NCBI GenBank assembly: GCA_009103225.1
Contig: RHPI01000249.1
Coordinates: 92,730 to 156,729 of the forward strand
DNA: 64,000 nt
DNA from: Chlorokybus atmophyticus
Lineage: Eukaryota; Plantae; Mesostigma and Chlorokybus algae
Reading direction: 5' to 3'
Below, piece after piece: positions 58,921 to 64,000 of the stretch (positions are counted from its first letter, which is position 1; every line of letters begins with the position of its first letter). The translations under genes and the position numbers were made by a program. The notes beneath the pieces were generated by a model that did not search any database, was not told the origin of the DNA, and saw nothing but the letters and a program-made list of their open reading frames with translations.

Positions 58921-59758
58921 ATTTAGGGTTTGCTTGCTCTGTGCTTGTCGTGGTTGTCGTCGTCGTCGTCGTTGGGCGTGGCGGCTGTGGCAGCGGCGGG
59001 ACCTGGTTGCGAAGCAGGTGGGATCTGTATTGGAGAGAAGAGGTATTTCTGTTGTCCAACTGTCGCCAGCTCGTTTCGTCGCTTGGGGTGGCAGCACTGT
59101 GGTAAACATCAACGCCCAGGTGCGGTGAAGCAGTGTGCGTGCGTGGTTGCTGTCGCCTTGCTTGTTTGATTGCAGTAGTGTGCGTATGTCATATTGTACT
59201 TATGACTGCATTGTATGCGCTTGTTTGTTGATGCCTTGCAGTTGATGCTCAATTCGGCTATTTGTTTACGTGTAATTGAAATAGTACAGTTCGCTTGCAT
59301 GCTGTGGGCTCCTAGAGGCGACTCCTGTCTCAGCTGAATCGTTGTTCTTGATTTGCTTACAGCACTTTGTCAATTCTTGGCCATCACATGGACTGCACAT
59401 CTATAGCTTTGGGAGGCTGCAGACAGCTGCGCACTTGATTGGCCCCTTTGGCAACTGTCGCCAAGTAAGTTGAGGTTTTTTTGCACATCACACAGCATGA
59501 TGTGCATGCGGAGCGTATGCATTAGCTTGTTAGTCACAAGCAACGGTTTGCTTGTGACTAACAAGCAAACCGCGTTTTCCCTTCGACACACCCATTCTGT
59601 GCATAAACAGCACCAGGTAGTTTAAATGCAGATAATCATGCGTATTCTTAGCGCATGTGTGGCATCCACTCTCCTTTCTCACGATGCATGGTATAATTGT
59701 GTTTACATTTATATTGTATTTACAAATTGAGCACCATTGACTACACATCTGCTGCAGG

Positions 59759-62700
59759 ATGCCTTCGCTTTCTCCTGATCGTCGCGGGCGATCCACTGAG
59801 AGGGAGAGAGACCGAGACCGCGAGAGGGGAAGGGATCGGGAAGACAAAGACAGCAAGGCTGGGCGCAGGGATGAAAGAGAGAAAGACAGAGACAGAGACC
59901 GTCGGGACCGGGACCGAGACCAGGATAAGGACCGCGATAGGGATAGGGAAAGGGAAAGGGAAAGGGAAAGGGAAAGGGAAAGGGAAAGGGAGCGTGGCAG
60001 GGATGATAGAGACAGAGGCAGGGACCGGGACAGAGACCGCGAGCGCAGCCGGGATCGGGACAGGGCAGTGAGCCGAGACAGAGCAGTGAGCCGGGATCGA
60101 GACCGGGAGCGGGAGCGGGAGCGGGATGTTGATAGGGATCGTGTGCGTGAGAGAGAGCGGGATGAGAGGGATAGAGATCGGGACAGGGAGAGAGAGCGGG
60201 ATAGGGATAGGGAAAGGGATAGGGGGAGAGATAGGGGGCGTGATGAGAGTCGCGATGGGAAGGACAGGGCAGATGGCGACAGAGCAGAGAATGGGAGCGC
60301 ACGCAAGCGCAAGGAGAGGGACGGCTCTGAGGACGGTGAAGTGGTTGTGGAGGACAAGACGGCGGATGCGGCTGCAGAGAACGGCAATAATAAGAAACCC
60401 AAACTGGACCCATTGTCATTGGAAGAAATCCTGCGCCGAAAGGTGATGCAACACATGTGGATACATGGCCTGGACAGTTGCTTTGTGCAAGCGTTGAACA
60501 AACACAGCTTGCATGCAAAGTCAGCTGTGCTGTTGTGTCTTGCAGAAGGAAGAGGCGGAGAAGCAGGCCAAGCCGGTGTTCTTGAATAAGGCTCAGAGAG
60601 AGGCGCTGGCTTTGGAGCGGCGCACGGCAGCCGTTGCAGAACAGCAGAAGTTGCGCGAACAGCAGGAGCGCGACCGTGACCACATGCGGTCTCGTGATCG
60701 CACTGAAAGAGACCGGGAACGCGAGCGCAGGTACGTGGCATTGACAGTTGCTGCCTCCGTTGGTGTGACACATTGCAGCAGGAACTGATGTGAGTTGTCT
60801 TGCAGGGAAGCGGAAGAGAGGGAGAAGCTGCGCGATGCCGAGCGGGAAGAAAGGCACAAAGAAGTGGAGCGCAACAAAGAGTTGCAAGCGCTTAGGGACC
60901 AATATCTTGGTGTGAAGAAGCAGAAGAAGCGCGTCATCAAACCGAGTGAGAAGTTTAGATTCAGCTTCGATTGGGAAAACACCGACGACACGTCGCGTGA
61001 CAACAATCCGCTTTACCAAGTAAATGCCTGCAACTGTTGCAGTCAACTCTCTGTTTCTCGTACTTGATGTGTTTTTGTGTCAACTCCTGTGCCTTGCAGA
61101 ACCCTCATGAGGCGCACCTGCTGTTTGGAAGGGGTTTTATCGCCGGCATGGACAGGAGGGAACAGAAGAAGCAGGCTGCTATATTTGAGAAGACTCTCAG
61201 AGAGAAGATGCGCACCGCACATGGCGAGACCACAACATCTGAGCACAGGCTCCTCGATCAACAACTCGCAGACGCAGCTGACAGGTACACATTTTTGGTC
61301 ATAAGCTCAGAGGGTATCACTCGTCATCGTGTGGCAAGCTTGTCTGTTAACATTAAAATCTAATGCAGGTATGACTCCTTTGATATGCGCATCGATCGTC
61401 ACTGGACGGAGAAGAAGTTGGAGGAGATGACTGAGCGAGACTGGCGCATCTTCCGTGAGGACTTCAATATGGCTTTCAAGGGCGGGAGGCTGCCCAACCC
61501 GATGCGCAACTGGGACGAGGCAGGCCTGTCCAAGCAGGTCATGCGCGCCGTGGAGAAGGTCGGGTACAAGAACCCGACGCCCATCCAGATGGCGGCCATC
61601 CCGCTCGGCCTCCAGCAAAGAGACGTCATCGGCATCGCTGAGACGGGCTCGGGCAAGACAGCCGCCTTTGTACTGCCCATGCTTGAGTACATCCTCAAGC
61701 TCCCGCCCATGAATGAAGAAATCGAGGCCGAAGGGCCATATGCCGTCATCATGGCGCCCACGCGCGAGCTCGCGCAGCAGATTGAGGAAGAGACTGTCAA
61801 GTTTGCGCAGTTTCTGGACCTGCGAGTCACGTCAATTGTTGGAGGACAGTCCATTGAAGAGCAGGGATTTAAGTTGAGAAAAGGCTGTGAGATTGTTATT
61901 GCCACGCCGGGACGACTCCTGGATTGTCTGGAGCGGCGGTATGCGGTGCTCAACCAATGCAACTATGTCGTGCTTGATGAAGGTATGGCCATGGCGTATT
62001 GCTTTGCTTTTTCAATTGTTCTTGTCGTTGGCGTCGTTGTTGTTGTTTTGCAAGTATGCGTGTGCGCGTGTCATTGCGTTCTGGTGTGTGTGCATGTGCA
62101 CATGCGTGTGTGGCTCGTGCTTGCGTCGTACTTATGTTAAGTTGTCAATTGCAGCTGATCGCATGATTGACATGGGTTTCGAGCCTCAAGTTGTTGGCGT
62201 CCTTGAAGCCATGCCGTCCAGCAATCTCAAGCCGGAGAATGAGGAGGTGGAGCTTGAGGCTAACAAGGTGTACCGCACGACGTACATGTTCAGTGCAACC
62301 ATGCCGCCTCAAGTTGAGCGCCTCGCTCGCAAGTACCTCCGCAGGTCAGATAAGTGGTTATCACAGACGTTGTGTCAGAAGTGACATGCAAGCTGCTCTT
62401 CATCAGAAGCAATGTTGCATCTCAACGTTCAGGCTGGACATCATAGCCTTGCGTGTTGCATGGTTGTGCACACTAACACATGTAATGTCTAGGCCCGCGG
62501 TGGTGACGATTGGCACGGCAGGACGCGCGGCGGAGAACGTGACGCAGAATGTGGTGATGGTGAAGGAGACGGAGAAGCGTGACAGGCTGATATCCTTCCT
62601 CGAGCAGATTGGTGACCAGCAGTGTATCGTGTTTGTGAATGTCAAAAAGCAGTGCGACAGTGTGTTCAAGTCGTTGGACAAGTTGGGCTACAAGGCCACG

Positions 62701-63087
62701 GTGCTGCACGGAGGTAAGACCCAGGAGCAGAGAGAGGTGAGTCTCGAAGGTTTCCGAGGCAGGAAGTACAGCGTGCTCGTGGCTACGGATGTGGCTGGCC
62801 GTGGTATCGATATCCCCGACGTGGCCCATGTGGTCAACTACGACATGCCCAACACAATCGAGGCGTACACGCATCGCATTGGGCGCACAGGACGCGCCGG
62901 CAAGAAGGGCACGGCCACGACGTATCTCACAGTCGGCGATTCAGACGTGTTCTATGATCTCAAGCAGCTTCTTACTTCTTCGGACAATGCTGTGCCACCC
63001 GAGCTCGCGCGACATGAGGCTGCCAAGTTCAAGCCGGGAAGCGTACCCGACAGACCAAAGCGCAAGGACGACAAGATCTTCCTGTGA
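59759..63087 (+). CDS. PRP28: DEAD-box helicase PRP28/DDX23 (U5-100K) with RD/RE-repeat N-terminus, multi-exon
   Basis: [70 protein letters not shown]|[25 protein letters not shown] and [12 protein letters not shown]. Confidence 0.96.
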
Positions 63088-63685
63088 AAGAAGCTGTGTA
63101 TGTGCGCTGGTTGCTCGTTGTTAAAATAGAACTTGTAGTATGGTACTATCAGATAATCATACACGCACAGGTAATGTACAATTTACGTCAATGGTTGCAT
63201 GCTGGCATAGCCTTGTTCCTTGTGCATTTTTAAATGATTTCACAGATTATGTGTGTTGAGGCCGTACGATTATACTTTTGCACAGCATTGCATATATATA
63301 CACACACGCATAGCTGCGCTTGCCAACTGCATCAGCAAAACTCACCTTGCATGTGTTGCTGCGTGCTGACTGAACTACACATTATGCATGCGCATGCATG
63401 TCCTGCATTTGATGTACACTGTACACTGTCTTGCATGCAAGCATCCGAGTACAAGGCTGGTGTACAAAAAACGGCGGTATGTGTGTTCAACTGGGTGGGT
63501 AGAAGAATTATTATTGCAGGTGCTTTGCGATGCCATTGCACCCTATCACAATGCATTATACATGTCCGCATGTCACGTGTGCAGTGTACATTAAGAGTAA
63601 TGTATTGTGAAATCTGAACAGCACAAGTCGGGACTGGAAGCAAGCCAGGCCAGACCAGGCTAGGCCAGGCCAGGCCGAGTGGCGG

Positions 63686-63808
63686 ATGGCGGCCCAGCAG
63701 CAGCCGCTCCTGCTGGTGGCGGAGGAGTACGCAGGCGGCGGCGGTGACGTGGGCAGGCGCACGCTGAGCATTGTCCAAGACAGTGGCGGCAAGCTAGTGC
63801 ATGTCAGG
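63686..63808 (+). other. GC-rich exon-like segment after a GGCCA/GGCTA pentamer array; start of a downstream gene or a relative of the hairpin element
   Basis: ATG MAAQQQPLLLVAEEYAGGGGDVGRRTLSIVQDSGGKLVHV followed by a GT donor-like site. The pentamer array at ~63645-63680 is the reverse complement of the type seen at 30594-30650 and 35652-35700. Confidence 0.3.
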
Positions 63809-64000
63809 TCCGTGCTTGCATCCCGCATTGTTATCATCAATTATTTCGATGTATGGAAGTTATGATAGTGTGATCGGCACTGCGTCTGCTGCTGTACTGC
63901 GCATGGATATAAGCACTCCCACCAACGGCTGGTTAACGTTTGACGTTGTTACATAGTCATGCATGCCACCAACATACGCTCAGGTATACAACTCTGCTTA

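Noticed and set aside
59530-61046. Long minus-strand ORFs of 413 and 445 aa
   Set aside because: They are antisense shadows of the RD/RE-repeat exon of PRP28.

Overview
Eukaryotic nuclear DNA from an intron-rich green alga (Viridiplantae; the lineage cannot be fixed from sequence alone). Introns are CA/TG-rich with GT-AG ends, and there are three N-gaps. Host genes, left to right: PUB-UBX protein, coiled-coil protein, UNR/CSDE1-like multi-cold-shock-domain protein, class-V PLP enzyme lacking the desulfurase cysteine, intron-containing glutamate racemase (MurI) with a transit-peptide-like extension, plant-type branched-chain aminotransferase, truncated haemoglobin (GLB3-like), a protein with two MBD-like domains, THOC5, NHL-repeat/BTB protein, VIT1/CCC1 iron transporter and PRP28/DDX23. 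A nested TE block (about 27.5-36.5 kb) holds a decayed Ty3/Gypsy element carrying a C5 DNA methyltransferase and an integrase-PHD fusion. Its integrase appears to have been split by a 5.9-kb inversion that ends beside a hairpin-rich non-autonomous TIR element. A PIF1/Helitron-like helicase remnant lies in the same block. An apparently intact Penelope-like retroelement (N-terminal GIY-YIG, Naiad/Chlamys type) with near-identical ~510-bp terminal repeats lies at 46.0-50.3 kb. Exon joins and alignments were read by eye, so gene ends are approximate where stated.
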